A stretch of 64,000 nt of DNA from Amoebidium appalachense (GCA_963693365.1 CAVNZM010000004.1:10258468-10322467), one strand, 5' to 3'; positions 32,017 through 53,212 are shown, numbered from the stretch's first letter. Notes: generated by a model not told the origin, from the sequence alone. Translations and numbers: made by a program.

Positions 32017-34531
32017 AGGGAAAAAATCAAAAGGCTTCTGCACAAATGCTACAGGCATATATGGATCATTCTAGATATCTGGAGTTACTAACCTTTTGCA
32101 TGCAATATTACTAGCTCACATGCATAATATCTTTACCTCGAAATTTCACATACATGTGGCCCAGGATTTTCACAAATTTCTCTTGCCAGCATTGCTAACC
32201 TGCACCACCGTTTCACCGTCATTTCCCTCACTTTCCCTCTCCCTCACTTTAAACCCCAGCGTCCTACGGACCCACCTCGACTGCCTAATCCACCACTTTT
32301 TCGACGTGGGGGCTGCCATTCTCACTTTCCACGATTTGGGGATAACCTTGGGCACGCAAGGAAGAAGAACATTATAGGGAAGTTCAAGTGAGGCAAAAAA
32401 GAAACACCAAGCCCACTGACTGACAGATAGGGGGGTTACATTTACTGCCATCCCCCCAAACTGAACTAGGATAACCTGCACTGCAAATTAGATAATCATG
32501 TCCCCACCGAGATATTTGTTGGATAGAATTCCCTTGGAAAACGTTGATTTCCCCCTTGAGCTTCCTTGCATTGCCAGTCTCGTTAAAGAACTGGCACAGG
32601 GCAAATGTGTTGAAAGCAATGGTGTAGTGGTCGGGTTGCTTCTGGCCCTTTCCATTAGATATATTGAAAAACACGTGACCGTAGAAGGTGAGAGTCTAGT
32701 AAACACGAGAACTATCTGGAATGTTGCGTAGCCCAACATGAAGAGCCACATGCGCCGTGAGATGAGGGACTTGTTGCGGCCGTAGGGTTTGCGCTGTAGG
32801 ATGGCGTCCGTGGGTTTCTCTGTTATGGGGGGGAAATTGCACATGTAAGTACGACATGCTTACGGGTGTTGTTCTCAAAACTAAAGAAAGTTTAGGGGAG
32901 TGAAGGCCCGACAGAGGGAGGGGGGGCGGTGGGGCGGGGGAAAATGGGGAGGGGGGGGAGGGGGGGAGGGAGAGAGCGGGGTGGGGGGAGGGGGGGGGGG
33001 GGGGGGGGGCACAATTGAAAAGGGGGGAGGGAGGGGGGGGGAGGTAGAGGGGGTACCACAGTTGAAAAAGGTGTTTTTTTTAAAATTTTTTATTTTGTTG
33101 GGGAGGGGGGGGGGGAGGGGGGGGGGGGGGGGGAGGGATGGGGGGGGGATGGGGTTGGGTGTGGGAATAATTACCGGTAGCTAGAGCAAGAGAGGCGAGG
33201 GTGTCCATAACGAGGTTGATCCACAGTAGCTGGGTGGCAGTCAGGGGGGACTTGCGGATGATGCAGGCAGACACAAAGGCCAAAACCAGGGCCACTATGT
33301 TCACTGTCAGTTGGAACTGAACAAATTTCGCAACTGAATCGTACACGTTACGACCCCATTTAACAGCAGCCACGATAGAGTTAAAATTGTCGTCCATTAG
33401 AATAATATCCGATGCATTCTTTGCTACCGCGGTTCCTTGAATACCCATTGCAAATCCTACATCGGCACGTTTGAGCGCAGGTGCATCGTTCGTCCCATCA
33501 CCTGTTACAGCAACGACCTGAGGGTTGATTTTGTTGTTTACCATGCCGGATACGAGGGTGTATTTGTCGGTGGGGGAAGGACCGTGCAAGTCACACGCAG
33601 GCTGGGCCAAATGCGATCCATCTCGTCCTGTTTGATCTTGCCGTTGGAATCGAGAACCATGCGCCGGAACTCGGGCCCCTGTGGGGGGGTTGCATATGGG
33701 GTTAAGAAGGGTAGTGGTATTGAAAGGAGAAAGGATGAATTCAAGGGGAGGTGGGTGGGTTTTGCGGGTTATCTTTTTTCTTTTCTATTTTGAGGGGGGA
33801 GGGGGAGGGGGGGAGGAGGGGAGGGGGGGGGGGGGGGGGGGGGGGGCATATCGAACATCTGTGAACGAAAAACAATGGTCGGAGTTTCTCGATAATTTTT
33901 TATGATTATCACCATAGTTGCATGGTACCCGTGTATATGCGTAATCTTTACTCAAAATCGGTTAAAAAGTTTCAAATGAAAAAAAAAACAAACAAAGAAA
34001 AACAACAACACACGACTACTCTGATTGCTTTAACTCAAACCCAGCAAAAGATATCCCACTCTTTTTGCTTTATTTCATTTTTTTTTTCTTTCTTTCTTTT
34101 CTTTTCTTTCTTTCTTTTTTTTCTTTCCTTTTTTTTTTTTTTTTTTTTTTTTTTTGTTTGGGGGGGGGGGGGGGGGGGGGATGTCCCAGCACTTGCCTCG
34201 CGCACCAGGTCCTCATCCGAGGTTAAGATCCCACACTTCCTGGCAATGGCTCGTGCCGTGGTGACGTTATCCCCCGTGACCATGCGCTCAGTGATCCCGG
34301 CCTGCTTGCACAGTTGGATAGCCCCAGGTACCTCCGGACACAACGGATCCTCGAAACCAAATAGGGCAATGAGAGTTAGATCTTTTTGCACCTCCTCTGT
34401 TGTTCCATTCCGCTGCTGACGGGACGTTGGGATCCAACAGGCTGAACTCATTGTAGGCAAGGCACAGCGTGCGAAGGCCTGTGGGTGGTTGGGTGGGTGG
34501 TGTGGCAGGTGTGTGTGTGTGTGTGTGTGTG

Positions 34532-34569
<38 letters not shown>

Positions 34570-34866
34570 TGTGCGCGCGCGTGTGTGCGTGTGCTTGTGT
34601 GTTTGTGTGTGTGCGCGCGTGTGCGTGTGTTTGTGTTTGTGTTTCTCAATTGGTGTGTGTGTGTGTGGTTGGGTGGGTGGGTGGTGGTGGTGGTGGTGGT
34701 GGTGGTGTGTGGGTGGGTGGGTGGGGGGGTTAGTGGGCGCTTACTGTACCAAAAAGTGTGCACAAATTTTTCTTGGAGGTAAGAATGTGCTTTTATTGTG
34801 TTTTTTTTTTTGTTTTTTTTTTTTTTTTTTTTTTGTGGGGGGGGGGGGGGGGGGGGATGAGGGAGG

Positions 34867-34897
<31 letters not shown>

Positions 34898-34949
34898 AGT
34901 GGGCGATTACCGTACCAAAAAGGTTGAGAAAGAATTTCTTGGAGGTAAG

Positions 34950-35030
<81 letters not shown>

Positions 35031-35033
35031 GAG

Positions 35034-35113
<80 letters not shown>

Positions 35114-36423
35114 TTTTTTGGGGGGGGGGGAGGGGGAGGGGGGGGGTTGGTGGGCGGTACCAAAAAAATGTGCCCAAAACTTATTCTGAAGCTATGGTTG
35201 CATGAGCAGAAACGTGAATAAATATTCTCGTTATTTTTGTGTGCTTTTGCTTTCTCCCCTCTTCTGATTTATTTGCGTGTGTTTGTGGGCGGGGGAGGGG
35301 GAGAAGGTGGGGAGCGAGAGTACCTAGTCTCTTGTGCGCAGGACTCGATTAGGGAGAGGATGTATGATCGTGTGACGTCATCCAGGGGCCGCACGGTGCC
35401 ATCCCTGGCCACAATGTTGCTGCAGCGCTCAAGAATGATCTCACTGGCAGCCTTGACGTCAAGGCGGTGCCCGGCACTGCCATCTGATTGGTGGAAAAGT
35501 CAGGTGCCCGGCACTGCCATCTGATTGGTGGAAATGTCAGATACGGCATTGAAGGCTCTAGATTTTGCCGTTAAGTACAAGATTCTGGGAAAGATTGTCG
35601 AAATAAAGAAGAAATCAGCTCATTTTCAATGCTTTTTTATTTGTGTTGCGAATCTGTTTCAGTGTATGCGTCATTGCACGGGTGTACGTTGGTGAGTGCA
35701 CATCACCTGCAAGGTATGTCATAGTGCATGTGTGCGCATGCGCACATGTGAGTATGGGTGTGTTCCGTGCGTGTTTTGATACCCATTCGTGCGTTTTTAG
35801 TGACTGCATCGGGCTCTACATTTTTTTGTCTTTTCGATGGATGTGTGTGTGTGGGTGGTGGTGGATGTGGTGGTGGTGGTGGTGGTGGGGGGGGGGGGGG
35901 GGGGGGGGGGAAGGGGGCAGCTGTTGGAATCAAAACGCACCAATCAGAGTAGAGGCAACCACAAAACCGGACGATTTAGTTGCGGAGCTGAAGGGGTACA
36001 TGACAACTGGCTTGAGGGCTGCTCTTATTGTTGATAGTCACAGCCATCCTCCATGATGTATTGGAGAAGTGCACACTCCGTCTTGCTGCTAATGTGCTCG
36101 TATAGCCCAATACCAGACTCAGGCTTCGGCGTTTCGGAAACAAGTATGAGAATTATAGTATTATATGGTGTTTAATTGGTGCCCTGCTTAAATGCTTCGA
36201 GCGTATTAACTTCTTCTTTGCCACACATCACTTACACACGGTCACAGGCGCAGAGCGCTGTCATTCAATATTATAGACAAGAAACCAAATTCTCTTGCCT
36301 TCTCTTTTTATTCGTACGAAGATGTAAATAGTAAATGTCCCGATTCCGATACTGATATTGGGTTTCTTTGTGACGGAAAGGCATACTGTAGATGACCATA
36401 AGGGGAGGGCGGGGAGAGAGAGA

Positions 36424-36458
<35 letters not shown>

Positions 36459-37080
36459 GGGGGGGGGAGGAGGGTATTTCAATGGATACACACCTTAACC
36501 TCAGCAGTAGGATTCAGAGCAATACCTTCCATCAGGCACCTGGCTACAGCCTTTGCTATGCCAGTAGTGCTTAAGGGCGCCTGGGCATTCAAGTCTGCAG
36601 CCGCCACATGTGCACGCACTACCGACATCCGATTGGTCGTTAGAGTACCGGTTTTATCGGAACAAACGGTGGTGGCACTACCCATAGTCTCACATGCATC
36701 GAGGTGACGAAGGAGGTTATTTTCCTTCAACATTTCCTTCATGCCAAAAGCGAGGGAAAGGTTGAACGGCGAGTGGCAGACCCTCGGGAATAGCAACCAC
36801 GACGATTGTGATTGAAACTATGAAGTAATCGAGGATAGTCTTAAGATCCTCCTTCATAAACCCGCGCTCGGTATAAGTCTCGATACAGAATCGAGCAATG
36901 AGAACAAGGAGGGTGAGTACAGTGACAGACAAACCGAGATAGCCAATGAAAATGGCCAGCCTCTCTAATTTCTTCTGCAAAACCGTCATTTCATCCCCAT
37001 CCTCGTTACCTTCTTCATCCGAATCGGAATCATTTCGGTCCGTGTTACCCATGGTGTCCGTTCCGGTTGTGGCGATCTCA
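31860..37080 (-). pseudogene. Plasma-membrane-type (P2B, PMCA) Ca2+-ATPase pseudogene, intron-containing, 5'-truncated
   Basis: Motifs [87 protein letters not shown] and a CaM-site-like GRALWKSAQ. Frameshifts at ~36765, ~36030, ~34400, ~33580-33590 (two) and several at 32.5-32.7 kb. Substitutions at conserved sites ([20 protein letters not shown]). No actuator-domain exons found upstream. Confidence 0.88.
34727..35195. repeat. Three degenerate ~55-60 bp direct repeats separated by different microsatellites
   Basis: ttagtgggcg..gtaccaaaaa..ttcttggaggtaaga at ~34729 and ~34896, plus a shorter copy at ~35146. Confidence 0.75.
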
Positions 37081-37081
37081 G

Positions 37082-37208
<127 letters not shown>

Positions 37209-37532
37209 TATACGCGTACGTGTGTGTGTTTATGTGTGTGTGGATCCACGCAGTGGTGGCGGCGGCGGCGGTGGTTTACGCGTGTGTGTTTCTTTGTCAC
37301 AGTGTGTGTGTGCGTGGGTGTGTGCGTGTGTGTGACACTGTGCGTGTGTGTGTGCGCGCGCGCGTGTGTGTGCAGCTGTGCACACGTGTATATATCATGA
37401 TGTGCGTGTGTCTGCGCACGTGTGTGTACATGTGTGTGTGTGTATTATGTGTGCCACGGTGTGTGTGTGTGCGTGTGTGTCTGTCTGTGTGTGTGTGATT
37501 GTGTGTGTGTCGGTGTGTGTGCGTGTGCGCGC

Positions 37533-37563
<31 letters not shown>

Positions 37564-38651
37564 TGTGTGTGCATATGTGTGTTTGTGTGTGTGCGCGCGC
37601 ATGTGTGTTGCTCGTAATAGCTGTGCACGCTTCCATGCATGCACAGCGGTGTTGCTTGCATCAACACCAGCTACATCTACATAGACTTTTCAAAACCAAC
37701 TAGGCTTACTGCAAATCACCCATGTCGTTGTGACACTCCCGGCTGCCATTACAGTGTCGATCATTATTATTGTCATAGCCTAAAATTATGTCAATACAGT
37801 TGGTACTAGGTTGATTTACATTCGTAAAGGATTGCAATTGTTGTACTTGAATTGTGCAGGGCTTGATCTGGCATCTCATACGACTCTTCATTTTTCTCTT
37901 GTATGTTTCGTGGCCATGTTGTGCCAGAAAACTTTTGATCATACACGCAATAAATTCATCGACTACCTGCTTCAACGGTTATTTAAAAAAAATAATGGGG
38001 TTTTTAAAAAAGGCTCAGGCGATGTACCTGGGAAAATCTGACATTCCTACGAAGTTATCATAGTGGCTCCTAACTTTTATAATACAAATCCGACTAAACT
38101 GGCGATAGTACGTTATTCGAGTTTCTCTCTTTTAGATTTTTTTTAATAATGCTAAATAATTATTAGAGCAACGAGATGATTTCCCTCGAGGAACTCACTG
38201 AGCTTCAGGCTATGGTTATTTATAACTTACAATGATATGGTCATTATCAAGCAGAAGCTGCAGCATTTGTTACGGATATCGTGTAAATTCGTTGGTGGCT
38301 CGAACAACTTCCTGTGCTCTTCCCCGGCCCTTCCTTCACAAACACCGGTTTGTTGCTTAATGGTGCCGTCCATGTTCTGCCTGTGCCTGCAAGCCTCACC
38401 TCGGCGTACATCTGATCCATTCTATGTCCTGAAAACAAAAGAAAAGAAAAGAAAAAATGTTAGTTAGGCAACAGAGATGATCCGTAGATTCGCTCGAAAA
38501 TCACAGGCTGCCACCGCATCTCTGCTACAAACGGCTACAAGCACCACAGATAATGAACGTATTTCGTGTGCAGGCACGTGTGCAGAGCACCCGGTCAGCG
38601 TATTGGCCAGTGCTGCATATATGTGAATGTTGATTCTTTTCGCGATTGTGT

Positions 38652-38727
<76 letters not shown>

Positions 38728-38737
38728 ACGCGGCAGT

Positions 38738-38770
<33 letters not shown>

Positions 38771-39503
38771 GTAGTCAGTGTGGGTGTGGGTGTGTGGGTG
38801 TGCGGCTGCAGTCAGTGTGTGTGTGTGTGTGTCTGTGTGCATGCGTGTGTGCATGCATGTGTACGGCGCGCACTCGCATGTGTGCGCACACATCCACCCC
38901 TGGGGATCTTTCGTAACGTGTGAGTTTTCAACGACGTTGGGTGTCACGTGTGGGTGGAAGGTCGCTATAATAGTGTTTGAGGGACATGCCCTGTGCCTGT
39001 AAGCACGCCTCTGCGTGTTTAAATTTGGGCCTTTCTGGTCAGCGTGAGTGCGCATTTGCACTCAGGACAACTTTTAGTCTGTGTGCGTGTGTATTGTATA
39101 TAGTGCTTGAGTAAGTTAGGCTACGTGTATATGTGCGTGTGTGCGTGTGTGTGCGCGCGCACACACACACGTCCATGCACACAGGGTGTGTACGTGTCCA
39201 TGTGTGTTGGTTTATATTGGGCATTTGTCTATCTGCGTGTGTGTGTGTGTGATGATGTGTGCGTGTAGAGTTTGTGTATACTGGTTCAAAAATTTGCACA
39301 CCTGTTTGTTTGTGTGTGTGTGTGTGTGTGCATGTGTGTGCGAGTGTGAGTGTGTGAGTGTTTGTGTGTGCGTGAGTGTGTGTGCGTGTGTGTGTGTGTC
39401 TGTGTGTGTGTTGTGCATATGCACGTGCATGTGTGTGTGTGGACACGTGTGTGTTTGTGTGATTGTGTGTGTGTGACAACATGTGTGTGGTGTTTCATGT
39501 GTA

Positions 39504-39693
<190 letters not shown>

Positions 39694-41338
39694 CGTATGT
39701 GTTGTGTGTGTACACACGTGCGCGTGCGTCGGTGTGTGCGCGTGCGTCTGGGACGTTCACTGATTGTGTGCTTGTGCCACGGTTCGCATGCGTGTATTGC
39801 AGTTTGAATATCAACATTGTACATTGTGTGCGTGTGCGTGTGCGTGTGTGCGTGTGTTGCTACGTGCGTGGGTGCGCTTCACGTGGTTCGTTGGGTGGGT
39901 GGGTGGGTGGGTGGGTGGGTGCACGTGCGCGCGCGTTGGTGGGTGGGTGGGTGGGTGGGTGGGTGGGTGGGTGGGTGGGTGGGGGGGTGGGTGGGTGGGT
40001 GGGTGGGTGGGTGGGTGGGTGGGTGGGTGGGTGGGTGGGTGCGTGCGTGCGTGCATATGTGATACCATCGTGTGAATAAGTTTGCATGTCCGCAGCATGC
40101 ACATGTGCGGCAAGTATACACATGTTGCAATTGCCATGTGTGTTCAAGTGTGAAATATGTGTATAGAAAATTGCGTGAGCAAGAAGCCTCCTGAAATTTC
40201 TATCGATGGCTTACTTCACATCAACAACATTACTGCATAGTAAACTGTTTGAATTATGCAGTCCCACGACCCTTTATAAGTACTTTCCAACGAGAGCTTA
40301 CCTGATTTTGGGAAGACTCCAAAAAAAGGTACATGAAGGAGATGGCACACAGCAATCATCGTAAACAGGCAGGGGAGCAACAGAAGCTCGCCCACCCTCA
40401 CCACCCTTCGTAGCAAATAATCCATCGCGTGGGCCAATGTCTGTCAATGCGAGTCACTAATATAGCTGGGTGTTTGCCTGACTCAGTCGACGTCGCTGTC
40501 GTTGACAGCGAAGGTCTGCACTGCACTCGAGCTCTGGGCGGCACCGTTTAAAAGTGCGGGCTGATTATGAGCGGGCTAAGCTTGTTCAATCCCAAAATCT
40601 ATCTTACTTTTTTGTTGTAGTATTTGCTGTAGCAATCAACGTTCTGTCGCGGAAAGAAAGCTCCCTATGTACTGCGTTTTGAACTTGCACCGTTCGTTCG
40701 ATATCGATGAATGCGGCCCTATTAGAATCTGATCGAGATTTCGAACCCATTTCATTGGCGTAAAGTCTGACCAATCGCTTCGGGATGTTTGACGTTGTTT
40801 GGTATTTATTTGCCACCCAACAGAACATACCGTCTCAAACCCTACTGTCGTTTTTCTTATTTTTGGATTAGCCTATTTCAATATAAATAAAAGAAAGTTA
40901 CTGCATTATACTGTTGGAATACAGGTCTTGGCAATCACAATATCTATACACTGAGCATCTTCTCAATCTCAGCTCCAGAAATTTATCAAGAATCAATAGA
41001 TTTCCTGATTGGATGCCTTCAAAGGAGCTGGGTCTAAAATAGATCCGAAGGAATGCCGCACTCGTGAATCGTGATCGTGCAGCATTCACTTCACTTCAGT
41101 TTGTCTGGATGCAGCCATTTCAGCAAAATCCCCCCTGTCTTCTAATAAAAAAGTATATGCAAAGTCGAGGCCATGCTTATTATTCCTAAAATCGGTCTCA
41201 TGCTGTGCAAACTAATACACCGAATGTGCGTGGCCAGATCTAGAAGGGATCAATCATGAATCCAGCTGGGGGCCACAGAACACTTTCACATGATGTCATT
41301 GTCAACGTAGAAGCAAAAAAGATGGAAGCAAAAGAAAA

Positions 41339-41411
41339 AGGCTCGACCGAGAATCGAACTCGGGACCTTCTGCTTACTAGGCAGACGCTCTGCCATCTGA
41401 GCCATCGAGCC
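41339..41411 (-). tRNA. tRNA-Thr(AGT)
   Basis: Minus strand GGCTCGATGGCTCAGATGGCAGAGCGTCTGCCTAGTAAGCAGAAGGTCCCGAGTTCGATTCTCGGTCGAGCCT. Acceptor stem GGCTCGA/TCGAGCC, anticodon arm TCTGC-CT AGT AA-GCAGA, T-loop TTCGATT, followed by an oligo-T Pol III terminator. Confidence 0.96.
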
Positions 41412-41881
41412 ACCATGAGATGGACGGCCGGCCAGGGGTGTACGTAGCATATTCCGTGGTAATCGCATGAACATGAGCTGACGCGTACACGCGTACGTAC
41501 CATGACCACCCGTGCGTGCATGACGGGCAATCGTGGCTGCAGGTGAAGTACAGCGCTCCAAATTAAAATAATGTCCTAAGTTATACCTAGTCTGTTTTGT
41601 AGCTGGCAACCATAATATGGATCGAGCTACGTTGGGGCCGTTCAAACTTTTTTCAAACGTTGTGAAAGGTATAATGGGAGGAGGGGCCTCACCGGGGGAG
41701 GAGGGGGGAGGGGGAGGGGGGGAAGGGGGGGGCGCACGCTGAGCGGTAGTGGAGGGGGAAGGGGGTGGTGGTGGTGGTGGTGGTGGTGGGGGGGGGGGGG
41801 GGGGGGTTTGGAGGGGGGAGGGGGGGGGGGGTGGGGGGGGGGGAAGGAAAGGATGGGGGGTGGGGGGGGGGGGGCTCTGGG

Positions 41882-42340
41882 AGGGCCCAACCACATCGGC
41901 TGAGTCAACTTGCTCCGAGCAGAATTAATCTGAAAAAAGCAGAATTATTCTGCCCAAAGTAGATTTATTCTGCAAAAAGCAGAATCAATCTGCTAAAAGC
42001 AGAATCATTCTGCAAAAGCAGAATCAATCTGCTGCTAAAAGCAGAATCAAATTGCAAACAGCAGAATCAATCTGCTAAAAGCAGAATCAATCTGCTAAAA
42101 GCAGAATTACTCGACAGACGCTGTCGAAAGCAGAATGATTCTGCTTTTAGCGGAATAATTCTTCTGCTTTTAGCGGAATAATTCTGCTAAAAGCAGATTG
42201 ATTCTGCGAAAACTTGTGATTCTGCTGAAAGCAGAGTGATTCTGCTTTTGCAGAATAATTCTGTCTTTTGCAGAATAATTCTGCTTTTGCAGAATAATTC
42301 TGCCTTTCGCAAGTTGACTCTGCCGATGTGGTTGGGTCCT
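41882..42340. mobile_element. 459-bp non-autonomous TIR element (foldback/MITE-like) with 6-bp TSD
   Basis: 32-bp TIRs AGG(G/A)CCCAACCACATCGGC(T/A)GAGTCAACTTGC. TCTGGG flanks both ends (41876-41881 and 42341-42346). The interior is an array of ~20-bp palindromic units GCAGAATNANTCTGC whose A/T spacer polarity flips mid-element. Confidence 0.9.
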
Positions 42341-42682
42341 TCTGGGGCTTCGAAAGGCTGCCAGTGTGGAGACTCTGAGAAGGGGGGCTTGCAATCAGTA
42401 GGGTGTGTTGTGACTCGACACATGCCCCTATTGGCTCCAGTAATAATTATCGTATAGTAGCGCTTGGCATATTGAATGAATGTGCATGCACGTTTATTTA
42501 CTGGAAGACCTTGCACATATGCGTGGCACTGTACAAAGAGAACGGATTGTATGTTATGTGTGCCGCCTGCTAGCAGTCATGTATATATATATCCTAGAAC
42601 GCCAATATGATTACTACATCGAGCCACGGGCCCATGGTGCCTTAATGAAGCACACAGTGTCCCATGTGTGCTTGTGCGCGAC

Positions 42683-42752
<70 letters not shown>

Positions 42753-43787
42753 GTGTGTATTTGTGTGTGTGTGTGTGTGTGTGTGTTCATGGATGCGTGC
42801 GTGCGTGCATGCGCAAACCTGCGTGCTGTGTGTGGGTTGTGTAGTGATTGTGGTGCATGTGTAGGTGCATGCATGGTTGCACCATCGCTTGGTTGTGTGC
42901 GGGCGTGCGCGCATGTGGTTTGGGGGGGGGGGGGGGGGGGGAAGGAGGGAGGGGGGGGGGAGGGGGGGGGGGGGGGGGGAGGATCGATATCTCCGCATGA
43001 TTTAGCTCTAGGTTTGATTTGAAAGTACTCAGTCTGCGCTTGCAGCCTATGCGAAGGGGTTTTCGATCTACCAATAAGTCTAATGAAGGCTTCTGTTAAG
43101 GAAAGCAGGGATTTTGGGACATAAAGAAACTCAAACAGGGCCGTCCGGGAGACTGGTGCCGGTTGTTAGGGGTTACGGAGCGACAAGAGAGCTCTTGTAC
43201 TCACCACATTTCCAAAGTGTTTTGCTGCCGATGCTGCTGTTATAATGAAGAGCTTTGCACCATGCAATGCCATATAGTAGCGACTTTCACCGAAAAGTGG
43301 AAACCCGTACAGTCGCGAGGACTGAGCAGCAACACGCTAATGCTTGAGGTCCGCTCGCCAAAAAGTGAGAGGAGGGAGGGCGGGAACAGAGAGAAACGGG
43401 AACGGATCCGGGTCCACCAGCCATAACAGTTGCCGTATGCCATCCTTGCAAATGAAGGTATATGTTAGTTAGATTATTTTGTTCTCATTATATGCCCAAA
43501 GTGGCCCAAAGTGCTCGCAACAACAAGACAAAAAAAAAGTGGAGCAGAAAAACAGCTTACTCTTGCTTTTGTTTGACATGTACGGCAAGTGCAGCAGTTT
43601 TCTCCGCGATACCCGTCGGGCTTTTCTTTCAGCCCGATTCGATATGATTAGGCCTATATAATATTACAAATGATAAGCGCTGCATTACGGGCCGTGGTGT
43701 GACCCGATTTGGATCTTCAAATTCAATAAAATCGTAGGCCGCACCCCCTTGTGGAATGCAGAATAGCATTTTTTGGTTAAGATGTCA

Positions 43788-44100
43788 TTATCCCGGGAAT
43801 GTTAATCGCCTTAGACGGCCCGGTGTTCCTATAGCTATAGATGGCCGTGCCCATGCATTAATATGAGCCACTTGAAAGCCGGCGCCAAAAGCCTTTTCTT
43901 TTTTGTTTTCTTTGCAGTGAACGATAAGGTGGGTAATCTTTTCAAGTTTCCATTGCTTATTTGGTTCTTGGTTTCTATAGCAACGCATGCTGTTTTTCAA
44001 GGGCAGAATAACCTAAAGTTCACCGCTGACCCAATCATGCTGGACAACATACGAAGTGAGGCAACTTGAGCTGTAAAACCATGCTTTTGCTCGTTTGCAG
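43788..44100 (-). pseudogene. Possible decayed DEAD-box/CMS1-like helicase fragment
   Basis: PSIAIGTPGRLRRL resembles helicase motif Ib and KLEKITHLIV resembles the strand before motif II. The order is inverted and no other motifs were found. Confidence 0.3.
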
Positions 44101-45210
44101 ATTGTGCTTGTCACTAACAATATTTTTTTTGACACTGCAGGAAGGGCTGAAACGAGCTGGTGACACGGGCCTCCATCGGAATGCCCTTGGCGCATCTGGG
44201 CTACTGCTCTGTCACATCAATTAGAAAGCGTGTGTACGAGACCCTGAGCCCTATTCTTTCCATCACTGTTTTGTTACTTCCCTCCCTGCCTTCTGTGAGA
44301 GCGTCACAGCCCCCCCCCCCCCCCACCCGCATTACCCCTTTTTTGTTGCCTGCTAAGTGGTTTCGCCCAGCCGAAAGTGAACCCTACAGCTATATTTACT
44401 TCCTAAGTTAGAACAACTTTATAAGCGAGCAAGCAGAGTATTCCTACTTTTTCAGTCGTTTTATACCAACTTTATAAGTAAGCAAGCACAAGATGAATAA
44501 TATACAGTCAACTGTGTTGACCAGCCAAATAAAAATGTTTAACAGCCACCTGCCCACGGTATTGGTTCGTTACATGCAGTTCGCGGTCTATTTCATATAG
44601 CCTGGACACTTCATGAGCCACTGAATTTTTTTTGTACTTGTTTGCCAATGATATACAGCACTTCTGTTCTTTACCTCTCCACCTAGCTATAAGTGCTGTG
44701 GCCAAGCTAGTCAGCAATACCAGCCTTAGTCGCGCTTAAAAAAACACTACTTTACTTTGTTAACGACAATATGAGTGGGAGGGTTTGACAATGTAGAAAA
44801 CAGTACACCGGGAGTGGGCGGGCGGGCAGGCGGGGGGGTAATGTATTGATTCTGCCACACATGAACTCACACTACAAGCAGCAGAACCGTGATCACGCTC
44901 GCCTTTTATTGCACTTACAAGCCGGCTCGCTCCGGCTCATACATTCATACATAGGTGTCTGTGTTCAAAATTATTTTCACCTCAGGTAAAAAAAAATAAA
45001 ATTGAAAAAGACGGGGCCGTGTAGACGCGTGCTGGAAAAACGAAGGTAAGTACAGGAAGTGTAATTTCAGGTCTAAACAACACCAACAGAACACGGGTCA
45101 GGTGTGCATTAACACTAAACTGAGATTTAAAATTAAAAAAGTTTCTGTCACACTGTGATCACCAGTTCACCCACAGCCCTCAGTAGCTCGGTTGCCTTGG
45201 GATTCCAACT

Positions 45211-45254
<44 letters not shown>

Positions 45255-45493
45255 CCAAAACGCGCGCGCGCACACACACACCCCATCCCACCCCACCTCG
45301 TCTACATTCCAGCTACCTCGATACTTGCTCATAGCTATGCACCCTCCTTTTCGTCACCCTTCTTCTAGAGATCCAAGGAGCAAAAGAGTCTCCGGCGCCA
45401 CCGTGACCATGTCACCTCAGTCCCACACCATCCCCTCGAAAAGCCAGTTTCCACTATCGAGGAAGTTGTACATTCCCTCCTACCTCGACTCTG

Positions 45494-52785
<7,292 letters not shown>

Positions 52786-53212
52786 CTGGAGGAAGGGAGG
52801 AGGAGAAGGGAGGTGGTGAGGTGGAAAAGGGAGGGAAGGGGGGAGGGGTGGGGGGGAAGGGAAGGGTGGGTGGGTGGGTGGATGGGTGAGTGGTTGTGTG
52901 TGTGTGTGTGTGTGTGTGTGTTGGGGGGGGGAGAGAGGGGGGGGGGGGGGGAGGGGGGGGATTAGCAGTTTTCCCCGTTTTCTTCGTTTCTCTTTTATTG
53001 TTCTTACTCTTGTCTTTGTGGCCGGGGGGGGGGGGGGGGGGGGGGGGGGGGAGAGGTTACTGAGCTGCTTTTTATACATCAAAAAGGCTGCATGTCGTTG
53101 TGAATCCTTGTTTCACTGCGATTGGTAAGCTGCAAGGAATACTGGGAAGGGCGGAGGGGGGTATGTGGACTCAATCGACCCAGACACCAACAGTAGGTGC
53201 GTGTGCGTGTGC

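Noticed and set aside
33575-36770. PMCA frameshifts as RNA editing or programmed frameshifting
   Set aside because: Mixed insertions and deletions, missense changes at conserved residues and a missing N-terminus point to decay.
41920-42305. Palindromic ~20-bp array as CRISPR or iterons
   Set aside because: No spacers; fully enclosed by TIRs and a TSD, so it is explained as a MITE interior.
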